Below are positions 38,036 through 53,000 of a DNA stretch of 64,000 nucleotides, in pieces. Position numbers and translations under genes: made by a program. The stretch covers positions 181,720-245,719 of the forward strand of contig NW_019091355.1 of NCBI RefSeq assembly GCF_001949145.1. Reading direction: 5' to 3'. This DNA is from Acanthaster planci (taxonomy: Eukaryota). The notes under the pieces are model-generated. The model saw only the letters and a program-made list of their open reading frames with translations. It was not told the origin of the DNA and searched no databases. How positions within the stretch are numbered: position 1 is the stretch's first letter; each line of letters starts with the position of its first letter.

Positions 38036-41000
38036 TTACAGACAGAAAGGACTTGGGCTGCTTTTATGAGAGGAATGAAGTCCTACCTCCTTTGCTGTGG
38101 AATCTTCCATTTCTGATGCAGGGGAGAAATAGGGGCTATTCTGAGGATGAGGAGAACCCTCTACCTCAGTCTGATCATGGCTTGGATCTTGCTTTAAAAG
38201 TTCTTCTAATTGTGGCGTCCATTGCTTCCGAAACAGCTGTGATGACTGGATCCCATTTTCAACATCTACTTCGAAAATAAATGGTTCTCAGTAAAAAGTA
38301 ACATTCACAGTTTTGAAAAAAAATTCATTGGTAGCAGTACTCCATTTACCAATCAAGACACCTAAGCATGCAGAACGTGCATTGATTCTGAAATGCCTGG
38401 TCTTATTCCTGTGCCATCGAAGTTCTTAGGATGTTTTGGCTGGTAAGCTGTTCCACAGATTGTAATACTATTAGCAACAATTGATTGTCTTACCTTTGCA
38501 CTTATCAATAACTTTGCCCCACAAGGTGTTGGCAGACAGGATGCGTAGATTACCCACAATCAACAGGTGGTTCTTGGATCTGGTAAGGGCTACATTGGTT
38601 CTCCTAGAGAATTTAAAACAAATCAGTCAACTAAACCACCCTTAAGCCACCCATTTCTCAACCATGAATTCAGCATTCCAGCTTGTGCCTACTGCTTAAA
38701 TGAAATGAAAAGACAGTTAATCTGGCTACTGATTTGGGGACGTACTGATGTACAGTTGCAATGATGGGGAAACATGTTAAACCGGAATCATGGAAGCAAG
38801 TAAGGATTTACAAAATTGTGAGTTTGCAGCAACTAGTTTTCCTTCTTCAGAAAAATACCTCAATAACGAACACCCTTGGATCCAAGATTTTTAGCAGCCC
38901 AAGTAAATCCTCGCTAAAGCTAAAGGCCACAAAATGTCAACTTGATGCTTCACAGGATAACTTGGCATCCTTACTTGTCTGAATCTGCAAATCCCATGTA
39001 GTCAGTCCGCACACAAGACAAGATGATAACTCCTTTTTCACCTCCTTGAAAAGCATCCACTGTAGATATCTGAATAGCTTTCAAGCTTTTTCGTATGCTC
39101 AACCTGGAGAATAATGGATAAAAGACTTTGTTGACCAAATTTACCAACCAATATTGAGGAAATCTATCACATGTGGCTGAATCAATAGCAGTCAATGACA
39201 GACCCATAAATGTCTCACAGTCTTAACAATTTTGATTTGTCAACAGTATGGTCTGGTTTGAGTGAACAACTTAATCAAGGCCAGCACTCCAGCCACAAAT
39301 TTGCCCTTTCCTTTTTCTACACGGAGGTAGGAGAGAGGCTTCTTACTTGCTTGCCTGCAGTAGGATGTTAATCTGGGCTGTCTGCGCCTTATACAGTGTA
39401 ATCACACCTATGTCTGCTGACTGGACACCAAGTAGGACCAATGTTTCAATCAGAAAGACAACAAACGATGCCTCCTGCTCGTTGTAGTAGCTACCATCAT
39501 TAGCACCGCATTCTTTCCCACTGGAGACACTATAAAAACACAGTGTTGGCAGGGGCTGTGCAAATAAAAACAAGTAGCATTGTGAAGGAACATCTGGGTT
39601 CTAATGATTCATATTAGCCCTACAGCTCTGGGCTAACTGACTGTCTTCATCAGCTTGCTGAAATTAACTTTGACCAATGCAATCACCTGTAACTAATAGT
39701 ATGAAGATAACAGAATTTTCTCTTGTTTCACTGTATTAGTTGATGGCATGTGTATAGAACTTGTGCTATTATGTCTAAAAAGCCAATGGTCACAAACACA
39801 AATCACACTTATGACATCCAGGAACAGTGCACTACATTAAAAGAAAAAATCTGCAACCTGATATTGATATTTTGGAATTGTAAGAAATGCTAAAGTGTGT
39901 ACCATGGACTGAGTAACTCTGACAGGGAATAAAAGGGACAGTAGCAGTTCCAACTAGCTTAAACCAGATTACTAAAAAAAAATAAAGCAACAGGTGTTAA
40001 ATACTAACAGCGAGTGGGAGTCTATCCCGAGTTGTCACACCATCAATGAGTTGCTGCTCATAGAATAAGCTGTTAGCTATGGCACTGATAGTGGGATGAC
40101 ATCGGTACTGAGTACGTAGCAATATCGGCTTACAGCCCTGTGACAAGTGAAACAAGTCTTACAAAGTTCATTTTTATTCATACAGTGAACGACAAAAATT
40201 AACAGCGATGAAACTTGAACTTGGTATCGTAGAAATGCATTAGCATAAGATTTTGTAGCGATTGCTCCTTCTCCTTGGTCCTACTGATTTGATTTAAGTT
40301 CTTCCTTAAACTGGGATCTTGTATCTCAAATCACTTGATGTTCGAACTAAATACCTCCTGAATACCCTTTAAGTTCCCATACAATATGGGTGTCCTAATT
40401 TCTCAATATCTTTGCTTTTGTGTGCTGTTCCAATAGCACCTTGAAAAGATACTTCTTTGGTTCAGTAAAGATAACTGAATCAAGAAGGGATTTATAACTG
40501 AACCTTTAATATCTGAGCCATCAACCCTACAGCTTCTTTCAGCCAATGTTCTAGGGTCATAGTGAAAAGCTCACCAAGAGAATCAATCTGTCAAACAGTG
40601 TCTGCTCTAAACCACAGCCGTGAGTAGCCTCAGAGCCTTGAATTGTTGGATCAAGTTGCTTAGGATCACCAACTAAGACAAGATTCTCACACTGGAACCT
40701 GGTGATGGGAAGGAGAGAGGAGGGTTCGGTCATCTGACTGCACTCATCAAGGAGGACAACCTGTGAGTTACAAGGAGACGATAGAAGACAGTGTACATCA
40801 TTAAACAATCATCTGAATCTCATGATGGCTGGATTTGAACAAAATACTTCAACTGTGTTTATCTAATACAACAAATTGGCCATGCACATTTGTACTAGAG
40901 GCAAGTATACTTCAACTCATATGCACAGACAGATGGACAAAAATATAGATCATCTACTCACAGGAAACTTAAGGTTGTTCATACAAGGGAAGGTTGATGC

Positions 41001-44000
41001 AGCACAGGTGACACCAACTACCTTGACACTACCCAGGAGATCCCTGTTTCTACCAAGACGTTGTCTCTCGATGCTTCTCTTGACCTGATGTTTCTCAGTG
41101 GGAGTCAGGTCCGTCTTAAGCATCTCATACAGCTCTCTGATCTCCTGACTGTCTTTACTATCTGAGGCGTGAACACTTAAGGGATGGAGAACAAAAGTGA
41201 TCAATAACTTGGATCCCTACCTTTCAGAATGGGTCAAGAATACACTGCACCATAATTTCAAAGTACAGTGAAGGGAAATTTGTGGGTATTTTTGAACTAT
41301 TCTTACAGAAATTTCAACAACTTCCTTACTTTTAAAAAGGCCTGATATCAACAAATCATATTTTACAGGTACGTAAAAGAACCTCATTTAAATCAAATTG
41401 ATTTTTTCAATCAAGTCAAAATTAAACCAATTTACGACCCAAAACAACTAGAGTCTGGACGGTACAAGGTCAGAATGGCTGGGGCTTTGATAATATCAAG
41501 GGGCTGACTCTACCTGTATGGCAACACTGGCTTGGCAATTTTCTTCACACTTCCAACTCGAATGAAATCCTCAAAACCAAGATCCAATAATCTGCCAGAA
41601 AAGGACATGAGAATACAATTAAGTTAACTTCCCTTCTATTCTCCAAAACGTACAATTTACAGCAACAGAATATTACACTTAATTTTATGCCTTAAGTAGT
41701 ATAAATGCAAAGAACTGCAATTAACAATCCATAGCACTTCTGTAAAATACTCAGGTGAAGTCCTCCCAAGTATAGATGCAATAGTTTTTGTGCACAATAT
41801 GTTGAACACTGGTTATGCTCAATCTGAGCAATTAGTGTGCAATAATCCATGCATGCACTAAACCTGTCCCTTCTCAGTTTAATCAACTGCTGGCTTACAT
41901 ACCCTGACAGAATCCTATCCACTGCCACATTGGTGGTAGAAGCAATGAGGAGTTTCCATGGCAACTGCAGAGCAGAATTACCTGGATAGTGAGCATCATT
42001 GAGCTCAAAGAGCTGGATGAGAAGCAGGACGGTGACAGCGAGGAGAAAGCTCTTACCAGCACCAAAGACACCTTTTGGGGTGATGATTGTGTAAGGTTTA
42101 TTGGACACAGCTGGTTTTAAGAGTACATTGTTCCAGACTAGGAAAAATTTCCAAATTTTAATTAGGAATACAACCTTGTGAGAAATCCACGCTATCATCT
42201 TGACGAACTATTTGAGAAAAATCTGTAAATATACACACAACTTGACATCCCTTTGAAGGGAAGTGACTGTCATTGTCGTATCAAGCCTTGGCCATGAAGA
42301 GCATTCCTTTGGAATTACCACCTCTACAGTGATGAAATATGAAACTTTTCAGTCAATATTATGCACTGGATACAAAATAAACTCAGACTCACCGTGGATA
42401 AGTGTGATAGGTTTTGGGCTGGCTTTGTCATTGCTTGCTTGTTGAAACATTGCAGTCACCTTTCTTAAAGCTTCTGCCTGGTCTGTGTTCAACTCGTACT
42501 TCTCAATCATGCCTGCTGTTATCTGTTCCTGTCATGGGCAACGATTAGTAACCTCTTTGTTATAAGCCCTCAGGTTTCAGAGGCTGAGACAGATACCTCA
42601 GTAATTCTTGATCCAATTATGATATCACTTTGTTCTGTGCACCACTTCAGAAAACTTCAAAAAGGAACATTTACTGAAACAATTTCAGTAATCATCATTT
42701 TGATTCTTGAAATTTATGGAATTAATCATCGGCTAGCTTTGCATGAGATTGGGCTCAACCCTTCCACACCTTGAAAAAGAAGTTCAGCATAAGGTTATGA
42801 AAACTGTATTAAACTTACAATCTCCTGCGAAGAGCAGTTCAGGTTCCTGCTAGTGCGGAAACCTTGAGCAGGAGGTCTAAAGGTTGATATTCTGGACTGG
42901 GTATTAGAGAAGACCTCATCAGACCTTGGAGGTTAGGTAGTGAAGGATGGCAAGATGTTAATAGAATATTTACCATGTTGGGGAAGTCTCAGGCAATTAG
43001 AACTATCAGAACTACCTGGATATATATTTGACACACTTCAAACGATTGATAGAAGACTGAGGAAATTAGAATTATTGCCTAATATGCATTCAATGCAGAG
43101 TCCATACATTATACACATTGCAAACTGTTTCAAACTCCTAGTGATAACAAATATTATTATTTACATCAACTTGGACCTGACCATAAGATAGACAATTCCT
43201 TAGTTGTATAGTCTCCAAGTTTTCTCACCTGCTTCCAAGAAGGTATGGTAAAATGGGGACTGTCCCAGCATTGACAAACTCCTGGATATTGTTGAGACAA
43301 GTCATCTCAGAACTTGCATTGCAAGCAAGTAGAGCATGTACAGTGCCTGAGAAAAGAATGAAGAATGAAAACTGGGTTGACCACCAAGGTTTACAAATCA
43401 ATGCAGTGCCCGCTCAACTTTTGTGAGTGGTCTATATATTTTCTTTAACTTATAAAGTGCATACACGGCTCTTTCAACTTATAATCCACATAAAGAATTG
43501 GAAAGGTGTGTGATATGTAGAAACACTTACATGATGATGCCCAGTTGGACGTGGAATATCCTGCAAGAGGCTCAATCTCTACATCACTGTTGGAGGATGG
43601 TCCATGGTAGACACTCCTGGCCAGGAATGTTGACCTTGAGTCAAAGGCTAGGTCCTTAGAGATGACCCAGATGTCCTCTACATGACATAGAAAAAAAATT
43701 TGCTGAGATATGAATTTTATTCCAACCAAGAAGTGTTGTACATGTAATCAAGACCATCACAAGCACAACAGTGAACAAGGACTAGAGAGTGATCTGTTGC
43801 AGATCATTTGAACAGTATCTGACATGAATTTGGGCTGGAGGTCATGTTAGTCTTGTGATGGTCTTGTCGGTTCTGGTGATGGTCGGACAAGGTTTCAACT
43901 ACAACACTGCAATCAAGGCCCTATTTTAAAGGTGGTTTAATACACCTGTTGCCTATGTTTTATATACTGACTCTGTAATCAAGGTCCTGTTTTGAAGGCG

Positions 44001-47000
44001 GTTTACTACACCTGTTGCCTGCATACCCTGTAGTAGTAAATATTAATACCAATACTTCTAAAGGAGGGCTGATCACAGCCATTTCCATTCTTCCTCGCAA
44101 TAACCTTTGCCATACATAGAAGACAACTCCTTTCTCGACAGTCTCAGGTATAGCTTCTTCTTGGTGTTTTCCAACATCTGCTGTTTGTGTTTTCTGATCC
44201 ATGCCTAAAAAATAGCAAAACCACATCTGTTAAACAGCAATTAATCTGGGGGGAACAACCTCTCTTCTATGAGAGAGCAACAATTCATTAAAAATACAGT
44301 ACCAGTTTCAAAGGTACACTGTGCCCCATCGGTTTCAGACACGCAAATATCTACACTCTTGCATACTTACAGGTGCACCAGGCATCAGATTATTGTAGCT
44401 GGCTCTCCTCTGAAGCTCACAACCATAGTAAAGATGAACTTTATGGCTCTTGAAGTACATGGTGGCAGCAGTCGAAGTTGTCAAGGAGGTTCTGCTTGAA
44501 CCCACGGACGTGGAATTAGCATTGGAGCTATTACCCTTGAACTTGTCGGCCCACATGAAGAACTACCACAATAACAAAGGTCGGGATTTCAAAAAAATTT
44601 GTCTTTCAGCTGTGTTTATCTCCAAATTTGCTTAAGATGCAAGTTTCAATTCAACATACATCTTTGGAAAAGAGATGCCTGCTATGTAATGATCAGTCAA
44701 AGTACTCTGAAATGGTTTTCAATCCGCCATGTTTATGACAATTACAGAATGGAAGTATTGATAAAGCAAAGTAAAAAAAAAAATCGCAAGGATGCTCACC
44801 TTGCACTGATTGGCCCTCTGGGCACTACACGCATAAAAGAACCTCCCCTTATTAGCTCCATCCTTCTTCACACACACCATCTTGGCTGGGTTGCCATGAT
44901 CGCATCGAGGTGAAGTGGTGTCGCCAGACTGTTCATCAGATTGTTGCAGTGAGGAGTCTAGATAATGCACATCAGCTTTATCTTTGGCTGAATGGTATCT
45001 CTGGCTCAACTCAAACAGAATGATATTCAGATGTTCTGAGTGGATAATTGAAAAGAAATCACAAAGAAAACAAAGTTTACTTTCTTCATGAGAAAAATTC
45101 TGAGACATAGAGGAATTCATTTCATACAAAAATTAAAAGAAATACCACTATTGAGAGCACACAGTTGTAACATTACAAGATAACATCTTGTTTCAAATAT
45201 ATAAATTTGACACTCAGACAAGACAATCATCTTGGTGTACCTTTAATAGCTGATGTAAAAACTTGCTTGTAATGAGCAACGGATGAGAAAGAGGCAGGGA
45301 TTTGTACTTGACGTTGGAGAGATACACCACCTTGGACTTCATCAAAAGATGGGAAGAACAATTCACCACATCTGCTCCTCTTCAAGGAAACAAAGAAAAG
45401 TTGTCATCATTGCAATGAGATATGAGTCTTTCTGAGGTTGTGTAATAAAAAAATCTTATTTTCATTTTTAACTTTGAAAGGCAAAGATTTCAAAATCTCC
45501 CAGTTGTCAACCTAACATGGGTAAAAATAAAATGGCAACAAAGTTTATCATGGCATTTTCATGAGTAATTGAAAGATGAAAATAGTATTCAAGAAAAATA
45601 TTTGGCAAAAAAAATTGAAATAATTAGAAACAACAGCAAACTAATATCCCTAAAAGTCTGTAAAAGGTTCTTACCCCTGAAGACAGAGCAGTTTGTCCTG
45701 TAACTTTAATGACTGGATTCAGGAAGCCTTTTCTTCTTCTTGTATGTGAAGTAAATGGGTTGTCAACAGCCCCATCTGCTGGTTTGATATCTGTGAATAA
45801 TATACCTGAAAATGCATCTATTGGCAAATGCAACATCTCTGGAATGTAGTAAAAAACCTTCCTACAAGATAGAGTGCAGTCAACTGATCTCAACTATTCC
45901 TGTCTATCAACAACTCATCTCAACATCTCATGTGTCACCTACAGACCGGTGCTTTAACTACCCATCAAATGTGATTTCGCATTTTCATTTTAAGTGGACC
46001 ACCAACAACTGACCCCTAGCACAACTGACCTTAGCCAGACCTAAGAAACAAGAAGAATCTTATGCTGATGCAAAGGCATTAACATAAGGTTTACTGGTGC
46101 AAGACAGCTTTGTTGACAGAGAATGTAACCCTAATCAAAGAATACTGAGAAGACTGGGAAAAAATATGAGATTCATAAGTTTTACTTCTTGATAAAGACT
46201 TTAAGGTTGGTTCAGCAGACTTGTTTCACTTTTGTTGAAAGAGGGCAAGCAACTGGCGCAGTAATGTTGTCTGGACATACATGTACCATGAACACCAGGT
46301 GGACTTTGTTGGCAATGATGACCTGCGATTGTTTCAATTCTCACCTCCAGTCCCAGAAAGGGGATCATCACAAGTAGGATCGAATGTCTTGTGAAATAGT
46401 GCCAGTGTTTCAACAAATTCACATCTTCTTGGCATAAACCTGGAAGCTTCAGTTTGAGGCAAACCCTCAAAGTCTGCTCTTAAGTTGATGGGGGCATCTT
46501 TATTCATGGCAAGGGAGGCATCCTTTGGTAGTGCTGATAAAAATGAGTTGTATGTTGTGTTGTGATGAAGGAAATCATCTTAGGTCCACTGGTGATAGCT
46601 CCATGTTGGGCATTCTTTAAAGCAAGAATCATCTATTTCAGCACTCGATTCAGGTGTGGGATGCAGACAAGACCCAAAGTCTTTCCCCCCAACAATGGCC
46701 AAACTAGGATGCGATGACTGTCCATCTTGATTGAACCTACATGTAGTTGTACTTATCTGAGGAGCATCCTTCATAAGACCAGTCAATGGAATATCTTCTT
46801 CCTGCATCAGATAAGGAAAGTAGTTGGTGTGGATGGACACAGATGTACACGTCGAGTCCTCCCTCCTTGCTCTAGCTTGGAAAATTGTTGGGAGTTCAAG
46901 TCTTCTCCGAACTGTCCCACTTGATACTGGGTTGTACCAATAATAGTCTCTCTTCTTTTTGGTATCCTAGTGAGAAACCAGATGACAGATTTAGTTTTGG

Positions 47001-50000
47001 ACTAATTTAAGTACTGCTGGCAGCAATGATTAAATAGTGCCATATTGAATCGTGTGTAATATTCTCTGATAAGGGAAAACTTGTCATAACCATAAATGGT
47101 TGCCAATTTTCGGTTGAAGATTTTGCATGCATTTTGTTACATTATCATTATATGATTTAAATTCATGGTCTTATTCAAATTTACATGTACTTATAGAAAT
47201 AAATCATAAAGCCACTGATGACAAAAGTGAAACTTTAGCCCAATTTTTTCTCTCTTAACTTTCACAAAATAAACAGTCAAAAGGGAAAATTATTAAGTGA
47301 AAATTATTTGTGGAGTTCCCTTGACAAACTTTTTTTAAGGTATGATACCTTGCCCGTAGATCTTGAAATAGTTCCTTCACAGGAGATGCTGGCATCATCA
47401 ATCCCACTCCTCTGAAGATGAGGCATGCATGAATCTTCAGCCTGACAGAACTGCATCCAGGCTGGAAGCCCCCCTTCATCTGCATCATATGATGGAAGAT
47501 CTGTAAAATGGATCAATATTACCAAGAATTACATCAGTCACTCAAGCAGTAATGTAAAGTCTCAACATTTTGATTGAAAAATGACTTTATAATGAGGGAT
47601 TTATTTGCATCCATAACTAATCCCTGTACTAAAGTTTATAGTGTACAGTACATGTATACATGTAGCTTGAAGAAAATCTGCAGTTTTGATCAGACTGTCT
47701 GCATATTTGAAAGAAATATGACATCGTAAAACTTATCATGTACAGTATAGGGTATCAATGAATCAATGAGTACATGTACTGTACAAGGGCAAGTTCCATC
47801 AAAAGGTAACCAGGATTGCGTTTTTCACTATTTTTCTGATCTCAAACGTCTGCCTCCACAAGGCACTATCTGACCACTCAGCAATGCGTTCATTAGTTAA
47901 TACCACCCCTACGACTGAATGGAAAAAAAGTAACACTTACAACTCTCCTGCTTGTGAAATTGTAAACTTGAAACAGAATCCTTGTCAGGCATCCGCATGA
48001 CCCAGTCACTGTCCCGTTTCCTTGAATGAAGACTGTAAAATGCAGCGGAGCTGTCCTTCTCCATAGTAAATGCATCTGGTTGCTGATCAAGTCTTGCATC
48101 CAATTCAGCATACTGTTGGCTGTCGCCTGGAAACATTGGCCAACATCTTGGGGAAAAGGGTGTCACTTGAACAGATGTACTTGCTTTCCACTGTTCCAGC
48201 ATATCATCACTACTTCCAGAATTTTCACCAGATTGGGAGACAGACACTCCCAGTGATCTTACTATGCATGTGTCTAAACCTACATTTTGACATTCTTGGT
48301 CAATACATGTATTTCTTGCATCATAAATCCACGTCTTTTTTGCTCTTCCTGGACTTTCAGACCAACGATCAAAGCCTGCAGGCTGAGTAAAATGTACTCC
48401 CACCCTTCCTGTAAACTCTTCTTCAGATCTTTCCATCTCCACTGAAGAATGCTGTGACCAGTTATCATTGTCTTCTTCACATTTCTTGTTTGATTCGAAA
48501 ACATTTCTCCATCTGTTCCTTTCATGTTTTTTCAGCAACTGATTTGTATCTTCTGAGTGATCTTGGGATGTTCTGCACATATCTTGTGTCCAACTTGAAA
48601 GATGACAAGCCTTTAAATTGCACTTCAGTGATGGTGTTTCAGGTAGAAACTCATAACAGTTCTGGGAAGATGACCTGAGGACAGGTGGTTGCTCCCAAAT
48701 AAGATTCTCTGATTTCTCTAGACTGCCATGAAATCCACTGGAAGTATCACCACATGGTGTGCTCCCCATCCTCATTTCACCAACAGCTGGATTCATCACT
48801 GTCGGAAAATCAAACCGATGAATTTGCACTTTATGGGACACTGTTTTTTGCTTGCATCTCTTTGCAACTCCTTTCCACTTTTCTGGAACATACCAAGGTA
48901 AATCAGAACTCTGGTTGAATGATGGATTATCAGTACATCTTGACTGATTAGTCAACATCATATCATTGCCCAAGGTTTGTTCCTTGGATGTACATGTACG
49001 TGGGAGAAATTTTGTATTTCTGGTGTCTGAGTCACTGGTTTCTGGGTGCTGTAAACTAAAAGAAATGTGGCCAAGTTTTCCTGTAACATCTTTCAATGTA
49101 TTACACTTGCTCTGTGATAATGCACTCTCTTCAGGTAATATCTCTGGATGGATGACTGGAACACAATGCTCTTCAGTGACTGTGTTCTGAATGTTTGTAT
49201 TTGAATTATTAATGTTCTGAGAAAAGGTCATTTCTTGGAAAATGTGGGAATTCTGTAAACCTTCATGCTCACTGCCAGTAACATTTGGTAGTAACATTCC
49301 AATCTGTGGCACAACACTGTCTGAGACATCCTCTTCAGCCCTTGTGAAGGGCTCTATACTCCTTAGCCAGTCTTCTAGAGAGTCCTCATTGTTGAAAGTT
49401 GATGCTTTCACATCTTTGAATTGTGTTTGAGTGGTCTCAATTGGAGGGGAGCATTCATAAGTCAGGACAGATTCTTGACATTTTCTCGGACATTCCTCAA
49501 TGAATCTCATTTGCATTTGCCTGACTGGAACACTTTCCATCTGAGTATTTCTTGAGATCACCTTCTGCTCTCTGGAATCAAGACACTCAAACTCATCTCT
49601 AGGAAACTGTCCAATAGCATGGGCAGCTATCGACTGAGCAAGCACACCAACCTCAGTGTCAGATATGGTTTTGTTGGATTCACCGTTACTGCACCAAGGG
49701 GCAAGATCAAAAGAAGACATCCAAGAAGTTCCTTCCTCCATCTTTCTTTGTTGGGTCTTCCACTGCACAGAGGTCACCTCTGTTACTTTATCTTCCACCA
49801 ATGGACCATACTCTTGATCAAGTTTCGTGATGTCAGGGGTCTGAGGTGTTGACTTCCAAGATGATTCAAATTCAACTTCAATCTGATTGGCGCACTCCAT
49901 GCACATACATGTATTCTGTGAACTGCATAACGCAGCACTACAAAGAGTGCAGATTTGATGTACACTGGTGCTCCTATCATCCATGCCTGCCTCTTTACTT

Positions 50001-53000
50001 GTAAGTATGTGTGTACATGTACTTGTTTCAGATGCACACCATTCTGATTTTTCAATGACATTCTTCAGGAGTTTTTCATCATCATGATGGGTAGAATCAA
50101 GTAACATCAACTGTCTCCTGTCTGCCTCATCCTTGGAACTGATTGTAATGATAACCACATCACTGGTCACACCCTTCTTGTTTCTTCCAACATTACTCTC
50201 TTCATCTTGTTTTCCATCATCCAAAGAACTACAGTCCCCTTGAACTTCAGTAACTTCCTGCATTGTTTCATTTTCATTTCTCTCATCCTTGTTCCCATCA
50301 CATTGATTTAAGTTTTCCTCATATTTGTTAAACTCATCTCTTTGTGTCCTATTTTCCTTAAGGCTAACATCATACTCCCAATTACCATGGTTTCTACCAC
50401 TCTCATTCTTACCATCCTCAATCTTGTTTACCTGGTTGAAATCCTCCCGACCTCTAATGGCTACTTTTCTTTCACAAGTTTCATCCTCATTAAAGCCATC
50501 CTGATTCATATTACCATAGAAACTATCATTGTTACAACTACCTCTTGACTTTGTATTTCTCTGGTCTTCACTGCATAAGTTTCCTTCATCTTGGTTGCAA
50601 CTATCAGATTTCCTATTACCATGGGAACCAATGTTCTCAACAGATTTTCCCTGATTCTCTATGTCTGTTTTATCCTGGTTGCCACTACCATGGTAACTCT
50701 CATCATGAACAGCATTTGTGTGGCTTTCACTGTCATTGCTAATATCCCAGAAATGGCCATTCTGCTTCCCATTACCATGGTAACTGCCATCTTCACAATT
50801 ACACTCCTGGGCAATATCTTCATAATTCTCACTGTGTAAGTCTCCATCCTGGTTACAAATATCCTCAGTTCTATCTCGGTATGTATCTACATGTAGCTCA
50901 TTCCTATGGGCTTTGTTTCTTTCAACCTGACTAAAGCTATCCAGCCTCCTGTTCTTACTGTCCAAATTGCTTTCACTATGTTTCCTATCCTCTTGCTTTC
51001 TTCTACTCTGATTACAGTCATTATCCTTGTTTGTATCTTGGTTTGTATTTCCCTGGCTTCTTGAGCTTCTTTCTTCCTGATTAACATTATCCTGTATCTC
51101 ATCGCCCTGAGCTTGTTCCTCATAGTTCTGATTCTCCTTCTCCTTCATAATTCTGACTTTATGATGAGAACCTAAGTCATGATCTTGATCAAGGCTTTCC
51201 TGTTCAAAACTGTTCATGATGATAGTGGAGCTACTTTGTTGTGCAATCCCACCAACTGTTTGCAAAAAAGTTGCATTCCTGGCTTAAGTAAATAGCCCAA
51301 TAACAGTTCCACTAAAACTGTTAAGTTCAATCAAGCATTATGAATACGGTGAATATGATAATTTGAAAATATATGTAAAGACAAACATTTTGAGACAACT
51401 CAGTCTGTTAGTTACTCACCTTCCTCACCTGATGTTTTGCGTCGCTGGATATCAGTTAAGTCTTCCAGTCCTGGTTCATTTGTCATGCTTTCAGGATGCT
51501 CCAGTCGTTCCACTGAAATGGAAGCAGTTTCAACTTGTGCCATCTCAGTTTCATATTGTCTGTGAAAAGTTCTCGGTGATCCATAATCAGAAATACTGTT
51601 TGTGGGATCTTTGAGTGTATTACTTGATGAACAGGTAGGAGTCATTGAAGAGTCTGCAGCTGACTGTCCCAACAGTGTCATAACATCTACGTCTTTAGAA
51701 AATTCTGGTGAATACAAGCTTTTAAGAGGTTCCGTCACTTGGACAGGAATGTGTGGTGAAACTGCATCTTTGATGTCAGTGGCTAAACTGGACAAGGTTT
51801 CAGGAACCAGTTCCCTTTCTGATATAGCATTTGGCTGTTTGATGGGTGGCTTAAATTTGGCATATCTTTTTCCAAGAAGTGCAAGGATCTGTGAAGTACT
51901 TCGCCTTTCTGCTGCAAGTGGTGACTGTTTGGTGTTCAGGTCACCGTATACCTTCGAAGAATTTTCCTTCAAGGAGATATACCCATTTCCATGCAATGAT
52001 TGTTCATCTGAATGGCTTGCAAAGTGATGGTTGATTTCACAGTCTTCACTGAAAGCAAGGTTATTTTCCTTTTGTTGTTCAAACTCAAACTTATCTGGGT
52101 GCATTCTTTTATTCTCTCTAAACTGAAGATGGGATTGTTTGTTCTTCAAAGGAGAGTTATCAGAAAGTTCATCACTGTGGCACAAGTACACATTTGTTGT
52201 GCTGACATTAGCTGTATCAGGGGCACTTGAGAGGTCCATTTTGGGTGTTATAGGTGGACCAAATCCATCACCATTTGAGAAACTGACTGTGGTCTGATTG
52301 TCATGAAAAACTGTCCCACTGTGGTCCAAAGACTGCTCACACAGGCTAACACTGCTTTCATACACATTGAGAAAATTTGTCTTGAAGTTTTTTAATTCCC
52401 TTGCTCCTGCGAAAGGTGTGCTGAACAGGGAAGGTTTCTGGATGGAATTCTTAGAGTGAAGTTTTTCTGGTTGTTCAACAGCAGAGAACGGGGGTGGTGT
52501 GGCTAGTGTGGAAGTCAAGTTTCCATCCTCCGTTACTAACTTTTTGGATGCTTGTCTTGGAACCATGAAACCCTGTTAAACCAAATTAACAACACAAAAT
52601 CTGAAGATCGTGATATATTAATCACAATCAAATTAAAATATGAAAATAAAGATATGATACATTAAAAAAACAATAAATCCATTTAACTTATGTCAATAAC
52701 TAAATGCAGAGAGCACTCTTGCAACTGACTCTTCTTTTCCTTTTCAAGGACATCCTTTTCTGTCTTCCAAACATTGGTTGATGTCCTTCTTCTTGTTGTT
52801 TCTGTTTTTGTTGCTGTTCTGCAGGAACCTCATGGCTGAAAACAGTATCACGTACAGCTTTCTCTTCTTCCACTGCGATCAAATATCGGTCACTTTCAAG
52901 TTCTTCTCCAACCAAAACCTTGGAATTGAAAAGTGAAGGAAAAGACAACTTAAGCTTTAAGGCACATTTCTCTTGTTTTATCAAGTACGTTTACATAAAC

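Noticed and set aside
47909..51265. 1118-aa ORF as a standalone gene or transposon ORF
   Set aside because: It is bounded by an acceptor (51255) and a donor (47941) in phase with the flanking ZGRF1 exons, and has no RT or transposase motifs.
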